From Rotaria sp. (Eukaryota), in assembly GCA_905330535.1 (NCBI GenBank), contig CAJNVN010000274.1, positions 54,727-81,501 on the forward strand: DNA of 26,775 nt. Reading direction: 5' to 3'. The first letter of the stretch is position 1. The number at the start of each line of letters is the position of its first letter. Positions 9,027 through 20,327 of the stretch are shown in pieces. The notes under the pieces are model-generated. The model did no database searches. It was not told where the DNA came from and saw nothing but the letters and a program-made list of their open reading frames with translations. The translations under genes were made by a program, and so were the position numbers.

Positions 9027-9300
9027 ATGAAAGATACGTTTTTGATCTTTGTGTGTTTCATACTTGTTTTTCTATTCGCATTTTCAATTACTTCGTGGTC
9101 TCTGTTGTCTACCAAGAATCAAATCACTTGGTTGTATGCAACCAATAGTTCGATGATTAATTTTACTGTATCGAATGAAAACAGAATACAATGGAGTTGG
9201 CAATTATTACGAGATGTATTTAATTGGGGCATTTGGAAAGTATTCGGACAGGTCGCGGAACCTTTTAAAAATAATGCTACCGATATGGACGTAATTAGTG
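9027..9300 (+). CDS. TRPM-like channel exon: S5, pore turret, pore helix and selectivity-filter loop
   Basis: Acceptor cttttactgtAG|ATG at 9025-9026 and donor AGT G|GTACGA at 9301 (phase 1 out). Translation: MKDTFLIFVCFILVFLFAFSITSWSLLSTKNQITWLYATNSSMINFTVSNENRIQWSWQLLRDVFNWGIWKVFGQVAEPFKNNATDMDVIS. It matches TRPM [ML].D[VM].[FY]F[LV]... S5, then the pore helix and FGQ[IV] filter (FGQV codons at 9243-9254). Track ORF 9027..9374 runs on into the intron. Confidence 0.9.
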
Positions 9301-9367
9301 GTACGAAGATATATATATTTTTACTGCTACTGTTGCTGAATAAAAATTTTATTCCTATTTTCTTTAG

Positions 9368-9464
9368 AAAATGATGTTTATGGTACGTTTGTTTTCTTAT
9401 ATGTCATTGCTTTTGTAGTAATATCAAATGTACTTCTTTTGAATGTTCTGATCGCAATGTTCAA
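9368..9464 (+). CDS. TRPM-like channel exon: S6 gate helix
   Basis: Acceptor ttttctttAG|AA at 9366-9367, where G+AA completes Glu. Donor AA|GTGAGT at 9465 (phase 2 out). Translation: (E)NDVYGTFVFLYVIAFVVISNVLLLNVLIAMF(N). N[IV]LL[LV]NLLIAMF is the hallmark TRPM S6 sequence. Confidence 0.92.
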
Positions 9465-9523
9465 GTGAGTGTAAAACAGACGGAGGAAAGTTTTTGGAAT
9501 AATTTTTATTTGATACTATGTAG

Positions 9524-9916
9524 TGAGAGAATTGGAGAGGTACTTAAAAAATCAAATACGATTTGGCGGTATCAGCGATTCCGATTAGTTAATGAATTCT
9601 GCGAAAAAGCCGTGCTGCCTCCTCCATTCAGCGTTATCTCCCTTTTAGTGCGTTTATTGTACCATATAATTTGTGCATTACGACGTTCTAAGAAAGGTAC
9701 CATCTTCTTTGAGAACATCTCTTATAAAATGAGACATACTTTGGAATTTGATGGCCATTTATCCATTTTAGATGAATCATCTAAGAATCCTAACGAAAAA
9801 AACTTGCGTCAGATGAATGATGAAAAAGAATATGCTGAAATGTATTGGAAATCTAAAGTATTCATCAAAGGTACTCAGTTCTCTACTGACCAAGCTCTGA
9901 AAGATTTGAAGACAAA
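9524..9916 (+). CDS. TRPM-like channel exon: TRP box / TRP helix and proximal C-terminus
   Basis: Acceptor atactatgtAG|T at 9522-9523, where AA+T completes Asn. Donor AA|GTAAGT at 9917 (phase 2 out). Translation: ERIGEVLKKSNTIWRYQRFRLVNEFCEKAVLPPPFSVISLLVRLLYHIICALRRSKKGTIFFENISYKMRHTLEFDGHLSILDESSKNPNEKNLRQMNDEKEYAEMYWKSKVFIKGTQFSTDQALKDLKT(K). TRP box WRYQRF lies at 9564-9581 (TRPM consensus WKFQRY), followed by .L[IV].E[YF]..[RK]P.LPPP[FL]I. Track ORF 9465..9920 begins in the preceding intron. Confidence 0.88.
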
Positions 9917-9991
9917 GTAAGTTACGAATTACACTATGCTTTGATATTTAATCAAATATTTATGTATTTTATTTATTTATTTTTTTTGTAG

Positions 9992-10103
9992 AGTCAACAA
10001 AGGCTACGATAAACAAGTAGAAGGCTTTAAAAACCAAGCAGAAGGCTTTAAAAACCAAGCAGAAGGCTTTAAAAACCAAGCAGAAGGCTTTACCAACGTT
10101 AAG
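9992..10103 (+). CDS. TRPM-like channel exon: C-terminal heptad-repeat segment
   Basis: Acceptor attttttttgtAG|A at 9990-9991, where AA+A completes Lys. Donor AAG|GTAAAG at 10104 (phase 0 out). Translation: (K)VNKGYDKQVEGFKNQAEGFKNQAEGFKNQAEGFTNVK. Both boundaries are phase-consistent with the flanking exons. Confidence 0.75.
10020..10092 (+). repeat. Perfect 21-bp tandem repeat x3 plus a 10-bp partial unit, in frame (heptad EGFKNQA)
   Basis: GAAGGCTTTAAAAACCAAGCA occurs at 10020-10040, 10041-10061 and 10062-10082 with no mismatch. GAAGGCTTTA follows at 10083-10092. The preceding CAAGTA (10014-10019) resembles the unit end CAAGCA. Confidence 0.97.
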
Positions 10104-13030
10104 GTAAAGTATTCACTTTATCTTGCCATTTGATCACATGATAACTAATGTGAGCCTGTAAATTATATCCCGACAGCAACACACAGAAAACTATTTAGAT
10201 AAAATAGTTTTGTCTAGAAATATTACTCACGAGATCATGTTTGTTTTATTTTTATCTAAACTTCCAGATGTTTTACTGAAATTGAAGAACATTGTAAAAC
10301 ATTAAGTGGCTCATCCAAATATTCTTGAAAGTGATGAAATGATTACAGTTTCGCAATGAATTAATGAAATATAACAGTCCTTGTAAGATTCATAGATGAT
10401 TGAACAACTAGAAAATGATAAATTAGCCGTGGATAAGTCCAGTATAGATCCAGATATTGTAAATTCAAGTGTAGAAAATTTTTTTTTTCATTCACAGTCT
10501 AGCGATTGGTAGAAAAACGTATGTAGTTTTCTTTTTACGCATAGCTGTAAAACATGAGTATACCTACTACTTTTGAATTATGATTAGAGTTGAATAGGTC
10601 GAGTACTAGGCAGTAAGTATTTAATATTAATTCTTGAAATTATTTGAAATCAGAACTGAAATTAAACTTGACTATTTTGTGAAGATGGTATATGCTATGC
10701 TATGCATTGATTGATGTAATACTGTGCAATACGTGAAACATCTGGAGATTAAAAATGACCTGAAATGGTTTTTTCTCTGTAAATTACTGATTTGATCTCA
10801 CATGATCTTTCGAGATTTTCGACCACTATAACAACTCACATGTGGAAAAGTCGAATTAAGTAAAATTGATACGAAAAAATATACATAGACTTATGTAAGC
10901 GGTAATAAGAAAATGTGATTCTAACTTTAGTTATCCAGCAATGGATACTACACGCTAAGCACTTTTTGCTGCTTATGTTTTGTGCTGTAATACTATTATA
11001 TGTAATTAGAACTAACTGTAAAAGTCATGGATATCACATTTATTCGAAAAAACTCTCATTGACCTTCTGATACATTCAAACGTTCTAAATACGCAGTTTT
11101 GTACTGTAAAAGCTTATGCATAAATATTTCAAGAGTTTTCAAAATGATTTTGTTTGACGCAGAAAAATTTTCTCTACTTATGCCAATAAGAACCTTCTAT
11201 AAGTGTGCTTTCATTCGATTGTCAACCATGGAATGCCGTCTCAATTGTGATCCTTCTTCATCAAATCGGTCGATATTAGATTGAGAAAAATATGATGAAT
11301 TTTTTTGAGTTAAATGGAGATTTGTTGATGATGTTTTATTCGACGAGATCTTTCTAATGAATCAGTATGTAACACTGATTTGTTTACAAGTAAAATTAGT
11401 GTTAAATTTTGTTACAACCCATTACGTAAATCGATGCATATTCTTTCAAGATAATACAATATCATTTTATTTTTAATAAATGATTTGTAAATTATTGAAA
11501 ATTTCTGTAAAACAGTGAGAAGGTGAGAAAGCGATTTACAGGAACATATCCTTTTACACATTTTTAGGATCGAGGAGTTCTAGATGTAATAAAATACTTG
11601 ACATAAATAAAAAATCAGCATATGAGAATCTTCGTTCATAAGATAAAGTCAATAGTGATTCTGACTTCAATCAACTCCATACACGAATAGCAATAGGAAT
11701 GGGTTAAATCATAACTGATGCATCTATACCTCTGAGTGTTGTTGAAACAACTTATCGACGAGAAATCATTGACAGAATCACAGAAAAACAGAATTTTTAT
11801 TATTACTAATGTTTGATTTCATTCCCTACGTCTAAATTAAAGAGAACATTTGTTGAACACACATACGGAGATGAGGCGATGAAAAGCATACCTTCATATG
11901 GGAATTAATATTTTAAATACATTTCAAATATTGTATTTTTTCTGAGTCATCGATAGTTGACAGAAATAGTGTGTACTCAACCTAAAGATTGATATGTGTA
12001 CCTATAATTTTTAAGATTTCGATTGTTTTTGAAGAAAAATTAGCTAATACACGCAGTCTTTCATGTCCTGAACGGTCTTTATTTAGGTAAAATTTTTTAA
12101 AAAATATTCTCTTTTCGAATAGAAAGTAAGATGGAAATTAGAAGAGACGGTGTAAAATCCTAGAAGAAGATGCCGCTTATTCAATAAATTGTCCCACTTC
12201 CGAATTATACTTCAGAAACAGATAGATATTGAGTATTGATATGTAGATCTTTTTATTCTATTGTTATAAAAGGTAAAGTTTGTTAACTATACAACTATAA
12301 ATTAACTAGAGGTCATGGATCGAAATAACTAATAATGCCTAAATCTTTTTCGGCTGTGATTGCCTATGCGAGAAAAATCTGAACATATATTGCAAGTAAT
12401 AAAGAAAAAGATAAGTCAATGCAATTTCAACAAAGTGGGATAGTTATTAATGTCCTCACAACTATTCATAGAGTCTTAAGGAATTTTCGATACATGACTT
12501 CACCTTTCATTTGATCAAGCGAATCTCATATCTAAAGCCGATTTAGAATCTGATTTTGTCTATCTGTCTGATTGATCGGACTCTAACTGGTAGTTGCTGT
12601 CTCTTCAGACCTTGAATGAAAAAGTTTTCTGCAGATATTTGGTAAAGTACTATCACTTTTAAAATTGCCAACTCGATAATGCCGATAATCAATTGAATAC
12701 AGTGGTAGAGTTAGGAATATCATGTTTTAAATTCAGCTTCATGTTTCGTCACGAAAAATAACTACATTCATTCAATACTTCTCAAAGCTGATTTTGTCTT
12801 CTAGCGTTGTAACCAGGATTTCAGACTAGGAGAGCTCAGCCTCGAGCATTTTTAAAGAATGAACAAAGTTGGTGTTAAGTATTTTTCATTTTTTGGTAAA
12901 AAAGGTACTAAGGCTCTATTTTATTTAAAGTATACTGGGCTAGTTGATACCCGTATTTCAAGACTCAAAAATTCCTTAGAGGGTATCCTCTGAGTTCCCA
13001 TTTATTATTACAAAAGATGGGCTTTTCGTG

Positions 13031-13253
13031 TTCAATAGCTGAGTCTGTCCACGAAAGGTGTTATTCCGTCACGCTCTGTTTTTGATGAATGAGGAATCGT
13101 CGATAACTTTGCAATTTCTCATTTTGAAAAGCACATTTTTTTTGTCCAAACTGCAAAAACATTTGGTCTTAAACAGTGAGTCATTTGTACATAACAAAGC
13201 AAACAAAACGTGACGGAATAATGTTTTGCGTTGACATGCTCAGCTACAATAAA
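13031..13253. mobile_element. MITE-like short element: two inverted arms of about 52 bp around a spacer of about 115 bp
   Basis: The left arm, 13031-13083, is TTCAATAGCTGAGTCTGTCCACGAAAGGTGTTATTCCGTCACGCTCTGTTT. The reverse complement of the right arm, 13201-13253, is TTTATTGTAGCTGAGCATGTCAACGCAAAACATTATTCCGTCACGTTTTGTTT. They share blocks TAGCTGAG (8/8) and TTATTCCGTCACG (13/13), with about 80 percent identity by eye. There is no coding capacity. It lies inside the 4.8-kb intron. Confidence 0.6.
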
Positions 13254-14915
13254 TACAGTTCCACATAATAATTCGAATCTAAGTCATTGTCAAAGGTAAT
13301 TTCCTACATGCTGTCCAAGTCCAAAACTAAGCACTTAAAATTAACAGCATGCTATGTAAGGGAGCATAGCTATTACAATTGAAATAGTTAGTAGCAAGGC
13401 TCTTTTTACCAATGTATTTCAAAACTTAAAATACATTGAGTTGAAACAAAGTAAAACCTGCGATAGCACAAACAATATGATAGTTAGTTCAAAATATATT
13501 TGTAGGTTCGTTCATGAAGACCTTAAGGAGCACTAAAGCTTTCTCGTTTGTTCATTACAGCAGTATCAAGGAATTTCACAATGTATCACCTGTAGTCTGT
13601 TAGAATATGATCGAAAAGATTTTCTCAGCAACACATACCTGCTCTTAAGAGAAACATTTTCAAAAGCACTTTGTCCGATTTTGCTAATATAAAGTAAATT
13701 TTAGGTGACACTATCAGATAGTAATTCGTTTCATTACTGGATAAAACTCAGATAAAAACGAAAACGTAGATAATCACCTAGAATAGCCGTAATGCTTCGT
13801 TGCAACAAAATCTTGATTTTAGCTATCGTGTATTATTTTAAAAGAAAGTTGTCTATTTTTGATATCACATACTTTTCAGTAAACAAACTCGAATTAAAAG
13901 TCGGTTCTTATCCCTTATATTTCTGAGTAAATAACTTTTCAGAAACAAGATTTGAACTTTCTTTTAGCAAGAGAGCCATAAAAATAGAACGAGAATTTCC
14001 AGTAGCCTGTATGAGATAATTTATGAGAATATTTTTGACGAACAAGGTACTAAAAATTATCTCTAGTCCCATATCCTCTTATACAAAATAGTAACCTAGG
14101 TGACCATGCTTTGATCCATCACTAAAAATAGTAGCGAGAAATTTCAAACAATAGTTACTAGATATAGATTCATTCCCACTAAGATCGACAACTTGAATCT
14201 AATAAAAAAGTTTCCATATCTTTTTATGAAATTGTATTAAGACTACAATGACCAGATCGGAAAATTTCCACAATCAAAAATGAACAAACAACTTTTTTCA
14301 TTAGAGAGGTTCGTCGATTCCTCCATTGGTTTGAAAAATTAAATTGTTCTTCCATTTTATCGAAGAAAAAATATCAGATAATAAATAGGATGAACTAAAG
14401 TGTCTTATTCACGCTATTCAGTATGTCTCCAAATGCGCAAGACTCAAACAATTCTGGGGGCTCAGTCCCACAGACCCTCTCGTGGTTACGCCACTATTAT
14501 CTTCTCTTTATTGTTTAAAACCAAAATTGAAAGTATCATTTGTTCCATAATAAATGTTGATTATTCATTTTTTTAGTGCTTGTGATGCGATCAAAAGATA
14601 AAATTCTTTTCATTGAAGATATTTGACAATATTTGTATTGTCAGTGGATTGAGGAATGCATCTAAAGGTTTAACTTCTCTATTTAACTTGTTTTTAAAGA
14701 AAAAAACTTAAATTTGTTGATATTTTTAAATTTTAAAGCAAAAGAAAAGTTTTACTTTTCGCTTTTAAGTAAACAAAAATGAGATCTCTCATTCAAATAG
14801 GCACACAGAAGACTTCTCCTTGTGGAAGTGTCGCCAAATGAACGACACTCTGAAATACAGAAAAGATTAAGTGTATTGTTTATTCACTAAGACCTTCGTT
14901 TCACTTTACTTGCAG

Positions 14916-15000
14916 ACCAAGATTGAACATACGCAAACTGACATGCATTATAGATTCAAACAAGTGTTGGCGCCGCAAGAAGTTACTACCTCACAAAGAA
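14916..15000 (+). CDS. TRPM-like channel exon: C-terminal coiled-coil region
   Basis: Acceptor cactttacttgcAG|ACC at 14914-14915 (phase 0, matching the end of exon 9992-10103). Strong donor AGA A|GTGAGT at 15001 (phase 1 out). Translation: TKIEHTQTDMHYRFKQVLAPQEVTTSQR. TDMHYRFKQV resembles the start of the TRPM coiled coil (human TRPM7 SEEMRHRFRQLDTKL). This implies a 4.8-kb intron. Confidence 0.6.
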
Positions 15001-18000
15001 GTGAGTATAAATTTATTTCAATACTATTTATTTGGATAGAAACACCTAGTTGAATCGTTCCGAGCTCTTTTGTACACAGATCGCTCTATTGGTTCAAAAT
15101 GAATTAATGCATAACAACTTTTTTCGAATAGAAAAGTGAAAAAACACATCATGCTATACCTAGCTCTTTGTTCATACAACACAAAAAATTATAACGTTTC
15201 TTCATTTCATTTGACCACGATATTTCTATTGTCTTGGTACTCACATTATTTGACTAATGTGATGACTGATATCTAACTAATGAGGCTAGTCTCAACGTGC
15301 TAATCAAGACGAGTGAACAATTTCTCACAAATCATAATCGAACACTAGCGGCTTTTCTAGCATTACAGTTGAATTCGTTGCGATTCAATAATATATGTTG
15401 TCAGTTTAAAAGTATATGCTTTGTATGCGTGTGAATACATGATTTTTTTTTAAATCAGAGATATCTTTCTCATCGAGTTTTACAATAATTCAATTTGGAC
15501 CAATATCAAAATGAATCGATTTTTTTAAAACTGTTAAAGAAAATTTTCTCGCCTCTCGATACAAAGTTAATAAAATTATTCAGAACATTTAGCCATTAAA
15601 CGATTATTGTTCTTGTTCAGTTCTTCACAGCAAAGAAAAGTTGAAACCATTTGCATTAAGTAACAAGATGTTATGTTGAACCTTTGAGGAAACTATATTT
15701 TGCATGATATTTTCTGAACTTCCGAAAATTCTAGCGTAATCTAGCTCTGTTTTGAACTATCTTTTAACGTTCAAAAAATTGTTTCACATAGAAAAGAATA
15801 GCATTCTTCTATCGTATACACTTTCAAAAGAAGCATTCGTGTCAGCCCTTGAAATATTTCTAGTTTGATTATTACCTCTAGCTTTTTAAAAGTATTTGTG
15901 CACGGGCTTCCAATTATTCAAAAGCTTAAGTCATTTATACAAAATTGACCATACAAATATTATTTGCAAGTATTTTCTACTGCATCAAATAAAGTAAAAC
16001 AGTACTCATAAGTGAATCTTTAAAAATGGCTATATGTATACTCATAATTGAGAAGTGCTTTTTATTACTTATACTATCATAGCACTTTTCAATTGATAAT
16101 TTTACTTGTTTTGCTGCCCAAAGGTAAATTTGACCTTCTTTCAATGAAATCTCTCACTTCTCTCCACTGCTCGTAATTTAAAAATCATTATAGGAACAAC
16201 TTGATCAAAATTGATGCAAACACGTATGCATGAAACTGTCTTCTAAATTGCTCAAGATCAAGGTCGTGCAATTGCAGTTTAGAAGTTCTTTTTTCGTAGA
16301 ATATTTAATAGTAATTTTATTTAATAGACATTCAAAGTAATTATTATGACAAGTACTATAGATGTTTTCTCAACATTGTTGAGTTTGATTATAAAGTCAG
16401 CGAAAGCATTTTTGTAAAAATAAATATTTTGCATAATAGATTTCAAGATCTTAAAGTTTAATGCTGATAGTCAAGTTTCATAACTAGCAGTTGTTTTCGT
16501 TGAATAGATGCTCCTTAACGAAAAGGCTTATACCAGAATAACAAAGGGAAAAGTTTAAGCTTATCCTAACGATGTGGGTATTGATAAAGAGACTACCCAC
16601 TCTTAACCAGTAGTCTTGATCATTTGAAAGCTCGAGCTAGAAAGGAAAAAGATTGAAGAAAACACAATTTTCAAAACTTTTCTCCTAACTTTGCAACTTT
16701 TCATGTTTCATTCCTTAACGACAAAAGAATCGATTGCAGTTTTTTTCAGACGGTTCTCGAGTTAAGACACTGTTATTGTAAAAAGTTTAAATTGTTTCTT
16801 TTTTCTATTCATCTATCTTGACAAGTAAATTTTCCATATCATAAGTATTCATGTCAGTTTTCTTGTATGTAGCCATGAATATCTAACAAAACCTGTATAT
16901 CAGATAGCATGAGGATTACAATGAACAAAAACATCTTATAAGCATAATATCTATCTGAAATAAGTGCGTTGAATGAGTGCGATTTGATTGCATGAAGGCT
17001 TATTGCAACGATCTTGTTTAAATTTAAAACACATATGTGTGCGGATTTGAAAAGGTCGAAGGTCAACATCATTATAGCCACTCTGTAGGGTGTGGGATGT
17101 TGTTGAAGAGAAGATGCATACAGAATATCACGCCCTGGCCCATACCTTACCAAATACAACTAGCTGAATATGAGTTTGTCTGTAAATAGTTCTATGATTG
17201 ATATTGCACAAAATATGTAAGGTGATTGTACGGATTTTCTTTTTATTATTCACGTCAGTAGAGATGATGAAAAAGCAAATAGTTATAGTTAGATATCATC
17301 AAGTAGGTCTCGATTAAATATTTCATAAGATCCGAGTTTATTTTGATTTTGTTTTTCTGTATCTTGAATATGCAAAGTCAAACATATTGAAAAGGTAAAC
17401 TTTCAAATGTAATACCTATATTTGTATTGAATATGTATTGCATTAGTTGATATCTCTGTTAAGAAGAGACTATAAATTGACAAAATAAATATACGTCTAA
17501 AGATAGTAGAATCGTTTTATCGTTATATATCTTTAAATGCTATTCAAGTATCTTCTGTTCAAAAAAAGTTGATTTTCATGAAAAGCATGAAGATTGAGAC
17601 AAATGCATAGAAAGATAGTTCGAAGTCTTTTCTGTCGAAAATGACATGAAATTTTATTTGACAATTTTTTTTCGTAAAATTTCTCATTTTTTGCTTTGCG
17701 GATCTCAACATTTTTGAAGAAACTTCATTGTAACCAACGAATTTTTCTTTTGTTTGAAACAGAGTGTGAAATTTCAGTTTTTTCGAGGCATTGAACTTTG
17801 CCATGCCTCTATTGCTCTTAAAAAGTAGGAATTGTAAAAGAAAACAAGGCTCTGCCATGCCTTGTATCCTAAATACTCTTTCAAACATAGTTAAATATCT
17901 CCCAAAAGCATTATAGTATACAACTAAGAATTTTACTATAGTCGCTTCACTCTTCGTCTACATCTACAGCCACTTCTGTTTCTTGCTTATCAAGCAGCTA

Positions 18001-20327
18001 CTTGAGATAACCTAAATAGTGAACAGTTATAATAGAATGGATGGAATTGTGTACTATTTTCTGCTTCATTTTCAAGTCTGATCTTTTCCAAAGACCGTCT
18101 CTAGATACTTTTGTACGAAAGCAAAAATTTTTGTATCTTTATTTTTAAATTTCTCTACCATGACATTAATGTTGAATGAACCATCGCTATTCTTACATAA
18201 TAGTTATTTAAATTAGTCAGTATGAGCTTGGGTCGTATTTTGTATTAGATTGGGCAGTATATAAAGTATAGGTACTAGCTATAAAATCAGTGTATGTTCA
18301 ACTGCTACGTGATTCGTAAAAACTATGCCAATAGAATATAAATAACTTAATGTCTAAATATTTTATCGAGTTACAACTTAAGTGATGAATATTTTCTGTA
18401 GACTTATTTGAACTCTCAGTCCTGATTTATTTGTAAAGAATGTTTGATGCATTACTTACAATGGTCTTCAATCTCTTTCACATGAGCTAATTTGAATCAA
18501 ATAAGATTGATTAGATTCAAAGAAGTTTTTCATGATTGGATTCAAAGTAAAACAATTTTTGTTGTCTATTTTCATAGGCACGTAAGGTCAAATTACATCA
18601 CAATGTAGTCCGAGGAGTGCTATGTTCTCAATAAAATTGTCATTGTTTTAAACTTATTTCCTTTCGACAAAAAGATAGAAAAATCTTACAATTTTATCAA
18701 AAATACTAGACTCGTTGGGCCACATTTCGATGTAACTGAGCTTTGGTTACTATGAAAATAGATCAGGAAGATTTTTTTACTTTAAATACACCCATGGAAA
18801 ACTACTGTTGCCAATAAAGAGTTATTAAAAAAATCCGACATTAGTTAAGACATAATTAAGGACTTATATGCCAGTCAGATAGTGTACAATTAGAAGACAA
18901 TTAAGCACGAGAGTTGTAAATGGTTAACTATTCAATGAAATTAGTTTTAGGATGATATCAATTAATGTTTGTACTTTTATCCACAGAAATACTCTTACTC
19001 TCACTTCAAAAGTACCGTTAAATGAAGAAAACATACTATAAACTGAATAAATCTGAAATCTAAAATACTAATCTCAATAAATTTCGAGTTTTAATATGTA
19101 CAGTGTTCTTCAAATACATTGATGCATGCCGTGCAAGGAGAAACATACTAGTTTATTGATAGAATAGCTTCTGCTAAAATGATTTCTATTACTCACGCAG
19201 TTCTATTGAAGCGAATTAATTATCATTATATATTGTCTTTTGAATAACAGTGATCCATATATATGTATGTCATCCTGGAGCTTCATCAAATTTTAGTGAA
19301 AAAAGTCACTAAAACCAAATCAAAAATTAAGCTAATTAAAATTCACAACAAATCAGAATAAGTTTTCTTCTAAAGTAGAGCACAACAACGGAAAAACTAT
19401 GTTTCAATATTTTTCGATGTCTGTAAATAATTATGTCAATCATAGTTTCGACGAAATTCACATCAACACTAATCATATACTTTAGAATAATTAAGCTCAT
19501 CATTCTGAAAAAACTTTGCTTTTGAGTGCGCTTCTAAATTTCTTGTAGATTTGCTAAAATATAAGTGTTAGTGTGTCTTACTAGATCTGCTGAGATTATA
19601 TATTTAAAATTATAGTAGATATAAATATATTGTCACTGACTGCTAATGGCATATCTTTCATTTTCTGGACGAAAAAATTTTCCTTTTCTCATGAATATTG
19701 GGATTTAAAGCAATAGTTAAAAGAGTTTCAGTGTGAATTATTTGTAAAAAAATTCCAGAAGAAATGGAAATAATACATGGAAGATAGCATTATAGAAAAA
19801 TTTATCAGAATAATAATAGAAATAAACATCGAATTCCGAGAAAAAAGTTGATGACGAGTTGTATCTCCTTTACAGTTATTCGTATCTTGTTTTTTGAACA
19901 TCTGCTTATACTACATCTCAACTGGCTCACAAATATCAATCACATGTGAAAAAGATTTCCAATGCTAAACTAATTTTTGTACAATATGTATTCTGGATTT
20001 TATTTCATTCATATGAAATATAATTCAAAGAATTTTTCGAACAATAGATAGAATAATTTCTGTGAATGAAACAATCTTTACATGCGCCAACCATCTAATT
20101 TTTTCCAAAGATATCATGTGTAAAGTATTTGCTCTTGCAGTCATAAAGTTTTGTGAGAGATAATCTAAAATGAGTGTTTAAAATATAAGTGGTAGAAACT
20201 TAGTTCCATTTTATTCTCTGTACTCTATAGACCGTTATAGATACTCTGAGATCATACCATTGACTGTGCAAACCGCTGTTGATACGCAATCCTTGATTGA
20301 ATATTAACAACCTCTTATTATACAATG

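Noticed and set aside
12985-14494. Hammerhead-ribozyme-like strings (CTCTGAGTTCCCATTTATTA at about 12989-13008; GGGGCTCAGTCCCACAGACCC...GGTTACGCC at 14456-14492). They recall the CUGAUGAGUCCCAAAUAGGACGAAACGCC core of the hammerhead found in a schistosome SINE family.
   Set aside because: The catalytic boxes CUGAUGA and GAAAC are not intact in either copy, and the required stems cannot be drawn. The other CTGATGA occurrences in the window (for example about 8785, 24153 and 22198 on the - strand) lack a stem II plus GAAA arrangement. At most these are decayed relatives, not functional ribozymes. An Infernal search with the Rfam hammerhead models would settle it.
16854-17888. Minus-strand ORFs 16854..17159 (101 aa) and 17559..17888 (109 aa), the longest non-TRPM ORFs
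   Set aside because: They have no recognisable domain motifs, low-complexity AT-driven composition (Phe/Lys/Ile/Asn rich), and no flanking splice or start context that I can support. The second contains small local hairpins (GAGGCAT..ATGCCTC, CAAGGC..GCCTTG) rather than coding periodicity. Their length is within chance expectation for this composition. A TE-fragment origin cannot be excluded without a database search.
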